Shown here piece by piece: positions 28,718 to 38,112 of a DNA stretch of 64,000 bases (position 1 is its first letter; each line of letters begins with the position of its first letter). A program made the position numbers and the translations under genes. The notes beneath the pieces were generated by a model. That model was given only the letters and a program-made list of their open reading frames with translations, searched no databases and was not told where the DNA came from. Origin of the DNA: Frisingicoccus sp. (GTDB lineage Bacteria; Bacillota; Clostridia; Lachnospirales; Lachnospiraceae); the NCBI RefSeq assembly GCF_016298055.1, contig NZ_JAEDDO010000001.1. One strand, given 5' to 3'.

Positions 28718-29929
28718 GTGGATAAAAAAAAGAAGCTGGCTGCGGGGATAGCTGCCGTATGTGTTGTGACAGCATTATTGGGATTAAAAAACTTTTTTAC
28801 ACCAAAAGAACAGATTCAATCTCTTGAAAGAAATTCTCCGGGGGCAGGAGAAACGGCTGTAAACCTGGAGGTCAGGACGGATGAGGGAAATTTTCCGATT
28901 GATTTTCAATTAGAGGAACGAATTTATGAAGCGTCCGAACTGGATGGAGTATTTGAAGAAGGTAAAAAGTGGCTGGATACAGTGTGGCTTGGAGATAATA
29001 CGTCATCGGATTCGGTGACACAAAATTTATATTTTCCGGAGCGTATTCCACATCTGGGATTGACTGTTCAGTGGAAAACAGAGAGTTATCGATTGATTCA
29101 ATCCGACGGAAAGGTGACAGAAGAAGCGTTGTCGCGGGCACCTTTGAATACAAAAATCCGGGCAGTATTGAAATATGGAGAATTTGAAAAAAGCTATGAG
29201 TATGAGCTTAGAATCGTGGAAAATATCCTACAGGGAGATGAGGAATTAAAACAGGGAATTCTAAAAGAAGTAAAATCCCGGCAGACAGAAGAGAGAACAC
29301 AAAATGAAATGATATTACCAGATACATTTAATGGAACAAAATTGGAATGGTACGTACGAGAAGATCCTGTCTGGCCGAAAATTTTTATCTTTGGTAATCT
29401 TATTCTTGTTTTAATATATTTTGCATCAGAAGAGAAAAGGATGCAGCAGATCAGGGATAAATCAAAAGAATTAGAACGGGATTACCCGGATATTGTGTAT
29501 AAACTTGTTCTCCTTGTAAGTTCGGGAATGACAGTGAAGGGAGCGTGGGAAAAATTAATTTATGACTATCGTAAAGAAAAGAACAATACAGGAAAGGTCC
29601 GATGTGGATATGAGGAGATGGAGATGGCACTGCGTGAGATGAACTATGGTATTTCGGAGCTAAAGGCATATGAAAATTTTGGAAAACGTTGTGCCAGTCA
29701 GAATTATATTCGGTTTTCATCATTATTGATCCAGCAGGTTAAGCGGGGAGCAAGGGGGATGAACCAGTTATTGATGCAGGAAGTTATGGCGTCAGAAATT
29801 CTGAGAAAAGAGAATGCGAGAAAGCGTGCGGAAGAGGCGGGAACAAAATTATTGTTTCCGATGGTATTATTGATGGCTGTTGTATTTGCTGTGCTGATGA
29901 TACCGGCCTTTTTATCAATCAGTATATAA
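28718..29929 (+). CDS. TadC-like platform protein with N-terminal extracellular Ig-like region
   Basis: YPDIVYKLVLLVSSGMT, AEEAGTKLLFPM. Confidence 0.8.
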   Translation: MDKKKKLAAGIAAVCVVTALLGLKNFFTPKEQIQSLERNSPGAGETAVNLEVRTDEGNFPIDFQLEERIYEASELDGVFEEGKKWLDTVWLGDNTSSDSVTQNLYFPERIPHLGLTVQWKTESYRLIQSDGKVTEEALSRAPLNTKIRAVLKYGEFEKSYEYELRIVENILQGDEELKQGILKEVKSRQTEERTQNEMILPDTFNGTKLEWYVREDPVWPKIFIFGNLILVLIYFASEEKRMQQIRDKSKELERDYPDIVYKLVLLVSSGMTVKGAWEKLIYDYRKEKNNTGKVRCGYEEMEMALREMNYGISELKAYENFGKRCASQNYIRFSSLLIQQVKRGARGMNQLLMQEVMASEILRKENARKRAEEAGTKLLFPMVLLMAVVFAVLMIPAFLSISI

Positions 29930-29942
29930 CAGGAGGAAAAAA

Positions 29943-30110
29943 ATGGGATTACTTAAGAAAGTGTTAAAGAATAACAAAGGTGTAGGTGTTGTGGAAATCA
30001 TATTGATTCTTGTCGTATTGATTGGACTGGTTATTATATTCAAATCCCAGCTGACGGATCTGGTCAATGATATTTTCAGCCGTATCACAAGTCAGAGTTC
30101 AGGAATATGA
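29943..30110 (+). CDS. Flp1-family major pilin (55 aa; absent from ORF track)
   Basis: AGGAGG SD; MGLLKKVLKNNKG|VGVVEIILILVVLIGLVIIF... with Gly(-1), Glu(+5) and a hydrophobic helix; ATGA overlap with next gene. Confidence 0.9.
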   Translation: MGLLKKVLKNNKGVGVVEIILILVVLIGLVIIFKSQLTDLVNDIFSRITSQSSGI

Positions 30111-31621
30111 TCGAAGAGGATAAAACAATCAAAAATTTCTATTCGGGTCAGATTACAGTGTTCATGCTGATGTTGTTTATGATCGTATCCAGTGTTCTCA
30201 TTGCCCAGTACCACTCTGCTGTTTATTATGCATGCAGAGCAGACAGTGAAAGAGCCGGCAGGCTGAGTGTGGACAGCCTGCTGGCGGGATATGTCAAACC
30301 TTTGAAAGAACGTTATCAGATTCTGGCTTTTGACGGAGGATTTGGAGAAAAAGAGTTTTCTCAGGAAAAGATAAACGGGGAACTTCTTGATGTCTATAAA
30401 AAGAATATTCAAAGTTCTGTTGATAAGAAAAATATTATCAATTCAACATTAGATGAATCCCTGTTTACAATGCTCATTGAAAATGACTGGAGGTTTTTAC
30501 TTCGGGAGATTACTTTGAATCGGGTAGAATTTGTGCGGGAGGATGGGTTAGAAACGCTTATGAAAATGCTGAAGGATAAAAATAATGAGGCATCAGACAC
30601 CCTTCAGGAAGAACGTCAGGAAGCAGAAAGAGCGAGCCAGGAAGAAACCTCCGAATCGGAAGAAGATAAAGAAGACGGAGAAAATGAGGAGAAAGAGCAT
30701 GTGGATGATCCAAGAGATATTGTTACCGATATTTGGAATCGAGGGATTTTATATGCAGCATGCCCCGGAGAATATCAGATATCCGATAAGGAATGCAGTA
30801 TGGGCGATGTTTCATATCCGGAATCCGGACAGGAAATGCAGGGAGAGATTGATTTTAAGGATGAAGAAAGTATACAGGGAATGTTTAAAAAATGGGACAA
30901 TATTTTTGACTCAGACAATATGTTAAAAGGGACGGTTGAGGATGCTGCTGCTGTTTGGTACATGGAGGAAGTTTTTCATAACGGGACAACCCATCTCAAA
31001 GACAGTTCGGATAATTATGAGCGAGTTCTCGAGTATGAGATCGAGTATATTATTGCGGGAAATGAAAAAGATGAAGAAAATTTAAAATCTGTTTTATGGA
31101 GGCTTTTGGCCTTGCGATGCGTGATGAATCTGTCTCATATACTTTTATCACCGGAAAAACAAATGCAAGTGACAGAAACGGCCGGAGTGATCGGAGCAGC
31201 TTTGGTTATTCCATATTTTATCGGGGTTATTGCATTTTTGCTGAAAGCGACATGGGCTTTCGCTGAGTCTCTGTCTGATTGCCGGGCACTTTTAAGGGGA
31301 AAGAAAGTACCGATTATAAAATCTGATGCTACCTGGCATTTGACGTGGGAGCGTATGCTCAGTTTGAATGTGAATATGTTGGACGGTTATGAAGGCAATG
31401 AGGGGATGACCTATGAGGATTATCTTAAAATTTTTCTCTTGATTCAGAACAGAAATGAAAAATATCGGAGAATGACACATTTAATAGAAAAAAATATACG
31501 TCTGCAGAATGAATATTCAAATTTTTATTTAAAGAATTGTATTTATGGTGTGCAGGTAACATTTCAGAATGAATTCAGTGTTGGAGAAAATTACAAGGTT
31601 CAAACAGGTCTGTCATATTGA
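30107..31621 (+). CDS. Large pilin-like protein (DUF5702/TadG-like)
   Basis: SG|QITVFML prepilin-type N-terminus; YEIEYIIAG..D..NL, WAFAES, YEDYL motifs. Confidence 0.7.
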   Translation: MIEEDKTIKNFYSGQITVFMLMLFMIVSSVLIAQYHSAVYYACRADSERAGRLSVDSLLAGYVKPLKERYQILAFDGGFGEKEFSQEKINGELLDVYKKNIQSSVDKKNIINSTLDESLFTMLIENDWRFLLREITLNRVEFVREDGLETLMKMLKDKNNEASDTLQEERQEAERASQEETSESEEDKEDGENEEKEHVDDPRDIVTDIWNRGILYAACPGEYQISDKECSMGDVSYPESGQEMQGEIDFKDEESIQGMFKKWDNIFDSDNMLKGTVEDAAAVWYMEEVFHNGTTHLKDSSDNYERVLEYEIEYIIAGNEKDEENLKSVLWRLLALRCVMNLSHILLSPEKQMQVTETAGVIGAALVIPYFIGVIAFLLKATWAFAESLSDCRALLRGKKVPIIKSDATWHLTWERMLSLNVNMLDGYEGNEGMTYEDYLKIFLLIQNRNEKYRRMTHLIEKNIRLQNEYSNFYLKNCIYGVQVTFQNEFSVGENYKVQTGLSY

Positions 31622-31637
31622 AGGGGGTGAGGACCGG

Positions 31638-32501
31638 GTGTTCTTTTGGGAATTATTAAATAACAAAAAGGCGATACCTGCTTTATATAAAAATGATGCC
31701 AATAAAAATCATACAAAAAACATATACACACTCCGGAACAAAAGAACACTCTGCCGTCATTCCCTTCAAGGAAGTATGACAGTGGAGGCCGCGCTGGTGG
31801 TACCTATGGTATTCTTTGTATGGGTGGCTTTTATAGCATTAACATCTGCTGTTCGTGTTCATGAAGTTGTTCAGAATGAATTGACGAATACGGCTCTGGA
31901 GTTGAGTCTTGCAGCGGCAGAACATGAGGAGATCGTGAAAACAGGGGGAACAGCAAAAGCTATGTACAGCCTTTTTGCACTCAAAGATCTGGATACGGGA
32001 GGTGTCAGTAAAATTCATGGATTCAACATGTTGGGATCCGATGTGATGCAAAACGGCAATTGGATTTGTTTTAAAGTAACCTACCGTATAGAATTGCTAA
32101 AGGGAATTATTCCGATACCGGATATTCCTATGAAAAATCAGATTTATGTCAGGACATGGACTGGTTATGAGGCGGCAGACGAAAAGACAGATGAGAATAA
32201 TCAGGAGATTGTTTATGTGACGGAACATGGACGTGTATATCACAAAGATGGTATGTGTACGCATATATATTTAAAAGTGTATATTGTAGGAGAATCGGAG
32301 GCAAAACAGTATTCTCCCTGTGAAAAATGTGCGAAGGATTCAGAAGGAGGAAGCACGTATTATATAACAGAAACAGGTGGACGTTATCATATACGACGAG
32401 GGTGCAGCGGACTCAAACGTTCTGTAGAGTCTATGACAATGACGGAAGCGACAAATAAGGGCTATTCACCGTGTACGAGATGTGGAAAAGGAGGTTCTTA
32501 A
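31638..32501 (+). CDS. TadE-like minor pilin with two C-terminal His/Cys repeats
   Basis: QG|SMTVEAALVVP; YH-x4-C...PC-x2-C twice; start placed at GTG 31638 after a GGGGGTGAGG SD. Confidence 0.75.
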   Translation: MFFWELLNNKKAIPALYKNDANKNHTKNIYTLRNKRTLCRHSLQGSMTVEAALVVPMVFFVWVAFIALTSAVRVHEVVQNELTNTALELSLAAAEHEEIVKTGGTAKAMYSLFALKDLDTGGVSKIHGFNMLGSDVMQNGNWICFKVTYRIELLKGIIPIPDIPMKNQIYVRTWTGYEAADEKTDENNQEIVYVTEHGRVYHKDGMCTHIYLKVYIVGESEAKQYSPCEKCAKDSEGGSTYYITETGGRYHIRRGCSGLKRSVESMTMTEATNKGYSPCTRCGKGGS

Positions 32502-32503
32502 TA

Positions 32504-32917
32504 ATGCAGCATTTTTTTAGTTTTCTTATAATTTTATATCCTGTTTATGAGGATATAAAAAATCAGAAAATTGATATAAGACCGTGTCTGATGTTATTGA
32601 TGGCGGGACTTTTTATTCGTTTGATTTCAGGAAATACGCTCCTTTCGGAATATCTGTGGGGGATACTGCCCGGATGTGCAGCATTTTTTTCAGGAAAGCT
32701 GTTTGGGCATTGGATTGGTGAGGGCGATTGTTTACTGATTCTGAGTATTGGAATTCTTGAAGGTATTGCATTTTGCATGAAATTACTTTTTTTGTCGTGT
32801 ATCGGTATTTTTGCATTTTCTGTTTATATGCTTGCATCGGGAAAACTTCATAGAAAATCCAGAGTAGCAGGAGTTCCTTTTATGTTTCTTGGGTATATTG
32901 GAGCATGGGTACTATGA
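32504..32917 (+). CDS. Prepilin peptidase (A24, TadV/CpaA type)
   Basis: YEDIK and IGEGD aspartate motifs; AAGGAGG SD; all TM. Confidence 0.85.
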   Translation: MQHFFSFLIILYPVYEDIKNQKIDIRPCLMLLMAGLFIRLISGNTLLSEYLWGILPGCAAFFSGKLFGHWIGEGDCLLILSIGILEGIAFCMKLLFLSCIGIFAFSVYMLASGKLHRKSRVAGVPFMFLGYIGAWVL

Positions 32918-33405
32918 TCTGGAAAAAAGAGGGAAGTTTTACGATTGAGGGAACGGTCATTGTAAGTTTTATATGCTTGATGATCGGAATGGTAATACTC
33001 ATGGGATTTTACGGGCATGATCGTATGGTTTTGCAGGAGACAGCGGATGAACTGGCCATGTATGGCTGCTTGTGGAAAAGTCGGTATGTTCATCCCGAAC
33101 TGGGAGAAGTAGACTATGAAGCTATGCTTCAAAACACATCGGTATCTTTAGATGAAATCGAATCCAGAGGGTACGATATGCTTCATAAGCGTCTTTTTGT
33201 GGGGAAAGTTCAGTCGATCTCTGTATCAACGAATCTTTTGGGACGAGAAATAAATGTAGAAATTCAGGCAGAATTCAAAATAGGCAATTATCAGATCACC
33301 AGCAATATACATGGCGTTTCTGTAGCCGCTTTTAGCAGAGATTTACCGAGAAGAGATAGTGGGGAGGAAAAACAGGAAATTGAATCGGGAGAGTTGGAAA
33401 GATAA
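32905..33405 (+). CDS. TadE-like minor pilin (start may be 32914)
   Basis: KKEG|SFTIEG followed by a hydrophobic helix. Confidence 0.75.
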   Translation: MGTMIWKKEGSFTIEGTVIVSFICLMIGMVILMGFYGHDRMVLQETADELAMYGCLWKSRYVHPELGEVDYEAMLQNTSVSLDEIESRGYDMLHKRLFVGKVQSISVSTNLLGREINVEIQAEFKIGNYQITSNIHGVSVAAFSRDLPRRDSGEEKQEIESGELER

Positions 33406-34495
33406 AGATTTGAAAAATACATATTTGAGAGTCGGACGGGAAGGTAAATATGGGGAACAGTATGAGGAGATTTTACTGTACAAAAATAAGATAGCCGGAT
33501 TGATACCATTTTATGAGCTGGAAGAGGATGGAGAAGGAATTCTCGTTTATGCATTGAATTTTCAGAACTCATTTCTGGAAAATCTGTCAAATAAGAGAAT
33601 GGAGTGTGTCCATATTGAAAATATGATTCATTCATTGATTCAGATAATGCTTACTTTAGATGAATATCTGTTGGATCCATCGAATCTTGTGCTTGAAATG
33701 GATCATATTTATGGAAAAGACAGCAAATGGTCATTTGTTTATATACCCGGGTATCAGGAAGATTTTTGGAAACAGATGGAAAAACTTTCTGAGGAGTGGC
33801 TTAATTATGTAGATTACGGGAGTGAAACAGCGGTATTGTGGGCTTATACATTTTATCAAAAAGTACATAACAGGACATGTTCTGTGGAAGAATTATCATC
33901 CATATTAAAATTGCAGACAGATCATGATTTTTATAAAGAGAAAGACACAACCGATCAGGAACAGACAAAGACAGAAGAAAAGGAAATAAAAAATAAAGTC
34001 GTACCGGAAAAAAGTGCAGCGTCGGATAAAGAAAGTGCAAGTCAAAAAATAAAAAAATGGTTTGAAAAAATAAATATAAAAGGGAAGAGGAAAAAAGAAT
34101 CTGCGGATTTCTATGATTGGGCAAGTCCTCTGCAAGATACATTGCCGGAGATAAAGACAATGGATAAGAGCTCTGAAAAAGACAGTAAGAAAAAAAAGAT
34201 GTTTACGCTGATTCCTTTGGGCGAGAATGAAATGAAGGTCATATACATAAATAAGTTTCCGGCGGTTCTCGGAAGGGCGGAAGGAGAAGCGGATATATAT
34301 ATTGCAAATCCTAAAATCAGCAGACTTCATGCAAAGTTTGAAAAGGAGCATCAGAATGTGAAGATTATTGATATGAATTCTTCAAATGGAACCTGCAGAA
34401 ACGGAGAATGTCTGGAATCAGGCAAAGCATGTATACTGCATGCGGGTGATATATTAAAACTGGCAGATTTAGAATTTATCTGCCAGTGGTGTTAG
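33359..34495 (+). CDS. FHA-domain protein with N-terminal DUF6382-like domain
   Basis: FHA motifs LGR, ISRLHA, DMNSSNGT; N-terminal EYLLDPSNLVLEMDHIY. Confidence 0.8.
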   Translation: MGRKNRKLNRESWKDKDLKNTYLRVGREGKYGEQYEEILLYKNKIAGLIPFYELEEDGEGILVYALNFQNSFLENLSNKRMECVHIENMIHSLIQIMLTLDEYLLDPSNLVLEMDHIYGKDSKWSFVYIPGYQEDFWKQMEKLSEEWLNYVDYGSETAVLWAYTFYQKVHNRTCSVEELSSILKLQTDHDFYKEKDTTDQEQTKTEEKEIKNKVVPEKSAASDKESASQKIKKWFEKINIKGKRKKESADFYDWASPLQDTLPEIKTMDKSSEKDSKKKKMFTLIPLGENEMKVIYINKFPAVLGRAEGEADIYIANPKISRLHAKFEKEHQNVKIIDMNSSNGTCRNGECLESGKACILHAGDILKLADLEFICQWC

Positions 34496-34502
34496 TCGGT
34501 GT

Positions 34503-34919
34503 TCAATTTAATGCTGCTTTAATTTTTTGTGCGATTTTTTCGCGTTCTTCAGGTTCGGAAGTGCCTGGGATCCAGTTAATATTTTGTCCGTCATTGATAT
34601 AGCGCGGAATAATGTGCATATGAAAATGAAAAACGGTCTGTCCGGCAGCTTCGCCATTATTCTGGACAATATTGATGCCATCACAATTCAGTGCTTTTTT
34701 CATTGCTGTGGCTATATGAGATGCAAGAACAAAGACTTTCTGAGCTGTGGTTTCATCCATCTCATAAATATTAGCCATATGCTGTTTTGGCAGAATTAAG
34801 GCATGACCCTTTGTTGCAGGTGATAAGTCAAGAATGACACGAAACATATCGTCTTCATAGACTGTTGTAGAAGGAATTTCGCCGTTGGCAATTTTACAAA
34901 AAATACAATTATTATCCAT
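34503..34919 (-). CDS. HIT family nucleotide hydrolase
   Basis: CIFCKI; AGQTVFHFHMHIIPR. Confidence 0.95.
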   Translation of the reverse strand: MDNNCIFCKIANGEIPSTTVYEDDMFRVILDLSPATKGHALILPKQHMANIYEMDETTAQKVFVLASHIATAMKKALNCDGINIVQNNGEAAGQTVFHFHMHIIPRYINDGQNINWIPGTSEPEEREKIAQKIKAALN

Positions 34920-35117
34920 AATATATATCCTCCAATATAAAAATTTGTATAGAATCGTACTCTTTAATAATAGTTCACCAAGAGAAAAATGTCTATTCTG
35001 AATTTAAAATAAAAATAAAATCCTGTGGCGTTTTGTGTCGTTGATTGTCAGTCAAATATGTTTGATTTGTAGGAAAAATTATGATAAATTGAGAAAAAAA
35101 CGGAGAGGAAGTCCTTT

Positions 35118-35786
35118 ATGAATGAATCTAAGTTGATTTCGCTGTCAAAGATTTCTCACGAGTTGAAAAATCCTCTGACACTGATTCAAAGTACATTGCA
35201 GCTGATCGGATGCCACTATCCGGAAGTGACAAAAGATCCTATGTGGAGTCAGCTTTTGCTGGACACAAAATATATGTCTCAATTATTATCTGAATTATCA
35301 TCTTTAAATTCATGTCAGAATATGAAATATGCCAAAATAAACATTCGACAATTTTGGACAGAAATCGTGAATTCATTTTCTTCTTTAGCCCATATTCAGG
35401 GAAAAAAGCTGCAATTAAATTTTAATATATTTTCTGAGAATTTTTCGGGAGATCCATTAAAGCTCAGGGAGGTGTTTTGCAACTTAATAAAAAATGCATT
35501 TGATGCAACGGATATAGGAGATGAGATTTTTGTTGATGTGAAATCTCAATGGAAATGTCTCATAGTAATCATCAGTGATACAGGCTGTGGCATAGACAAA
35601 GAACGTCTTGAGAATATCTTTCAGCCATTTGTTACATATAAACCAAATGGTACCGGACTTGGGCTTCCAATTGTAAAAAACATTATTAATGCTCATGGAG
35701 GAACTGTTCAGGTCTATTCAAAACCGGAAACAGGAACAAAATTTATGGTAGTTTTACCGTTAGAACCATCCGAAAAGAAAGAATAG
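35118..35786 (+). CDS. Orphan soluble histidine kinase (HisKA + HATPase only)
   Basis: SHELKNPL, NLIKNAFDA, DTGCGI, FQPF, GTGLGL; GGAGAGG SD. Confidence 0.88.
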   Translation: MNESKLISLSKISHELKNPLTLIQSTLQLIGCHYPEVTKDPMWSQLLLDTKYMSQLLSELSSLNSCQNMKYAKINIRQFWTEIVNSFSSLAHIQGKKLQLNFNIFSENFSGDPLKLREVFCNLIKNAFDATDIGDEIFVDVKSQWKCLIVIISDTGCGIDKERLENIFQPFVTYKPNGTGLGLPIVKNIINAHGGTVQVYSKPETGTKFMVVLPLEPSEKKE

Positions 35787-35795
35787 CAGAAATAA

Positions 35796-35828
35796 ATCAT
35801 CCTCCGGAAATATTTTTCGGAGGATGAT
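35796..35828. terminator. Hairpin between convergent genes
   Basis: ATCATCCTCCG...CGGAGGATGAT. Confidence 0.7.
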
Positions 35829-35842
35829 AAGGAATGTTTTAA

Positions 35843-36922
35843 TCAATGAATTTTATGGGCTTTTACAGCTTTTTCGCAAAGATTTACGATCACAGGGATA
35901 GCATTCGATGCGGGATTTGACTGCATGGCCTGAATATAATTTTCACGATTTTCAAATACAATGTTAACTGCTTTAACGAGTGTTTCGTCGTTGACATTTT
36001 CCTCAGGGAGGAGATAACTGAATCCTTGTTTTTCGAAAGAAGAAGCATTCAGGATCTGGTCACCGCGGCTGGCTCCAGCCGGAAGCGGAATAAGAATATT
36101 CGGCTTTTTAAGGGCAAGAAACTCACAGATAGCATTTGAACCGGCGCGGGAGATGACGACATCAGCGGCTGCGAGAAGGTCACTTAATTCTTCTTTTACA
36201 TAATCGAATTGAATATACCCCTGCACATCTTTTATCGATGTATCAACTTTACCGTTTCCACATATGTGAATAATCTGATAAGACGGCAGAAGCATAGGGA
36301 GGGCTTTTCTTACAGCTTCATTGATGGCGGCAGCACCGAGGCTTCCTCCGATAACAAGAAGGACCGGTTTATCTGCACTGAAACCGCAAATCTGTAAACC
36401 TTTCATGCGGCTGCCTGTTAATAATTCCTGGCGAATCGGAGATCCGGAGAGTACAGCTTTCCCCTGAGGAAGATAGTTGGCTGTTTCAGGAAAATTATGG
36501 CAAACTTTATATGCAGATGGAATTGCCAGTTTATTGGCCAGTCCCGGTGTCATGTCGGATTCATGGATGATAGCCGGAATATGACAGTGCTTTGCTGCCA
36601 GAACAACAGGCACAGTGACGAAACCTCCTTTTGAAAAAACAACATCGGGTTTGATCTTTTTCAAAAGTTTGCGTGCTTCAAAATAGCCTTTAATGACTTT
36701 AAAAGGATCGGAAAAGTTTTTCAGATCAAAGTATCTTCGGAGCTTTCCGGAAGAAATTCCATAGTAAGGGACACCTAATTCTTCAATTAAACGGCGTTCA
36801 ATACCATCATAGGAGCCGATGTAGGATATTTCATAACCCTTTTCTCTTAAAGCGGGCATCAAAGCAATATTTGGTGTGACATGGCCGGCAGTTCCGCCGC
36901 CGGTCAGGACAATTTTTTTCAT
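35843..36922 (-). CDS. murG: Undecaprenyl-PP-MurNAc-pentapeptide GlcNAc transferase
   Basis: TGGGTAGHV, SKGGFV, HESD, GGSLGA, ISRAG, DQILNA. Confidence 0.96.
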   Translation of the reverse strand: MKKIVLTGGGTAGHVTPNIALMPALREKGYEISYIGSYDGIERRLIEELGVPYYGISSGKLRRYFDLKNFSDPFKVIKGYFEARKLLKKIKPDVVFSKGGFVTVPVVLAAKHCHIPAIIHESDMTPGLANKLAIPSAYKVCHNFPETANYLPQGKAVLSGSPIRQELLTGSRMKGLQICGFSADKPVLLVIGGSLGAAAINEAVRKALPMLLPSYQIIHICGNGKVDTSIKDVQGYIQFDYVKEELSDLLAAADVVISRAGSNAICEFLALKKPNILIPLPAGASRGDQILNASSFEKQGFSYLLPEENVNDETLVKAVNIVFENRENYIQAMQSNPASNAIPVIVNLCEKAVKAHKIH

Positions 36923-36933
36923 TGTCAGACCTC

Positions 36934-37185
36934 CTAATCTGCCTGAGAATTTTTATATTCTTTCAGTCCCTGAGCAAGCTGATCCGGACATGATGTACCA
37001 CGTCCTCCACAGTCGATACCGGAAAGAATCTGAATGACATCGTCAACAGGACGGCCAACAACAAGAGCAGCAACACCCTGTGTGTTTCCTGAACATCCTC
37101 CGATGAACTGGCAGCTGGTAACAATGCCGTTTTCAACTTCAAAATCCACAGCTTTTGAACATGTATGTTTATTGATATGTCTCAT
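36934..37185 (-). CDS. Stand-alone TSCPD-domain protein (TIGR03905-like)
   Basis: FIGGCSGN...GIDCGGRGTSCPDQLA. Confidence 0.88.
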   Translation of the reverse strand: MRHINKHTCSKAVDFEVENGIVTSCQFIGGCSGNTQGVAALVVGRPVDDVIQILSGIDCGGRGTSCPDQLAQGLKEYKNSQAD

Positions 37186-37329
37186 GTAAATCACTCCTAT
37201 TCATAAATTTTCAACCTAATTATAGCAGAAGCAATATTGATAAGCCAGTAAAATTTTTAAGTTGTCATGGGAATTATAGTTTGTATGTGTTATCATAAAT
37301 AAAAAACAGAAAACAGGAGATAGATTTAC

Positions 37330-38028
37330 ATGAAAAAAATAGGAATTATCGGCGCTATGGAAGAAGAAGTGGCAAAATTGAAAGAGAATATGCAGATTCA
37401 GGAGACGTCTGTCATAGCGGGAATGGAGTTTTGTCAGGGAATATGTGAAGGTCAGAACGTTGTGATTGTGCGAAGCGGTATCGGAAAAGTCAATGCTGCT
37501 GTATGTACACAGATTTTATGTGATGTTTTTAAAGTGAATGCTATTATCAATACAGGTGTTGCGGGAAGTTTAAAAAATGAGATCAATATCGGAGATATTG
37601 TTCTTTCTGAGGATGCGCTTCAGCATGATATGGACGCTACAGGATTCGGTTATGATCCTGGAGTCATTCCGAGAATGGAGGAATCTATATTTAAAGGGGA
37701 TGAAACGCTTCTTAAACTTGCGCAGAAGGTATGTCAGGAAGTTAATCCGGATATTCAGGTTTTCAGAGGAAGGGTTGTCAGTGGTGATCAGTTTATATCA
37801 GATCACGATGTTAAGCAAAGAATTGTAAACAGTTTTGGCGGTTTTTGTACAGAGATGGAAGGAGCTGCCATTGCGCAGACAGCGTGGCTTAATAAGATTC
37901 CTTATCTTGTTATTCGGGCAATCTCAGATAAAGCAGATGGAAGTGCCGAGATGGATTACAGTGAATTTGAGATGAAAGCGATTGAGCATACGGTTCGTTT
38001 AATGACTGGAATGTTGAGAAATATGTAA
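37330..38028 (+). CDS. mtnN: 5'-methylthioadenosine/S-adenosylhomocysteine nucleosidase
   Basis: IGIIGAMEEE, SGIGKVNAA, EMEGAA, IRAISDKAD. Confidence 0.96.
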   Translation: MKKIGIIGAMEEEVAKLKENMQIQETSVIAGMEFCQGICEGQNVVIVRSGIGKVNAAVCTQILCDVFKVNAIINTGVAGSLKNEINIGDIVLSEDALQHDMDATGFGYDPGVIPRMEESIFKGDETLLKLAQKVCQEVNPDIQVFRGRVVSGDQFISDHDVKQRIVNSFGGFCTEMEGAAIAQTAWLNKIPYLVIRAISDKADGSAEMDYSEFEMKAIEHTVRLMTGMLRNM

Positions 38029-38112
38029 AATATGCCCGACCGATTTGAATAGATTTTGTCTTTTTGTTGATATTATAATGGAGCTATCTTATCAATGAAA
38101 GGAGTTTACAAA

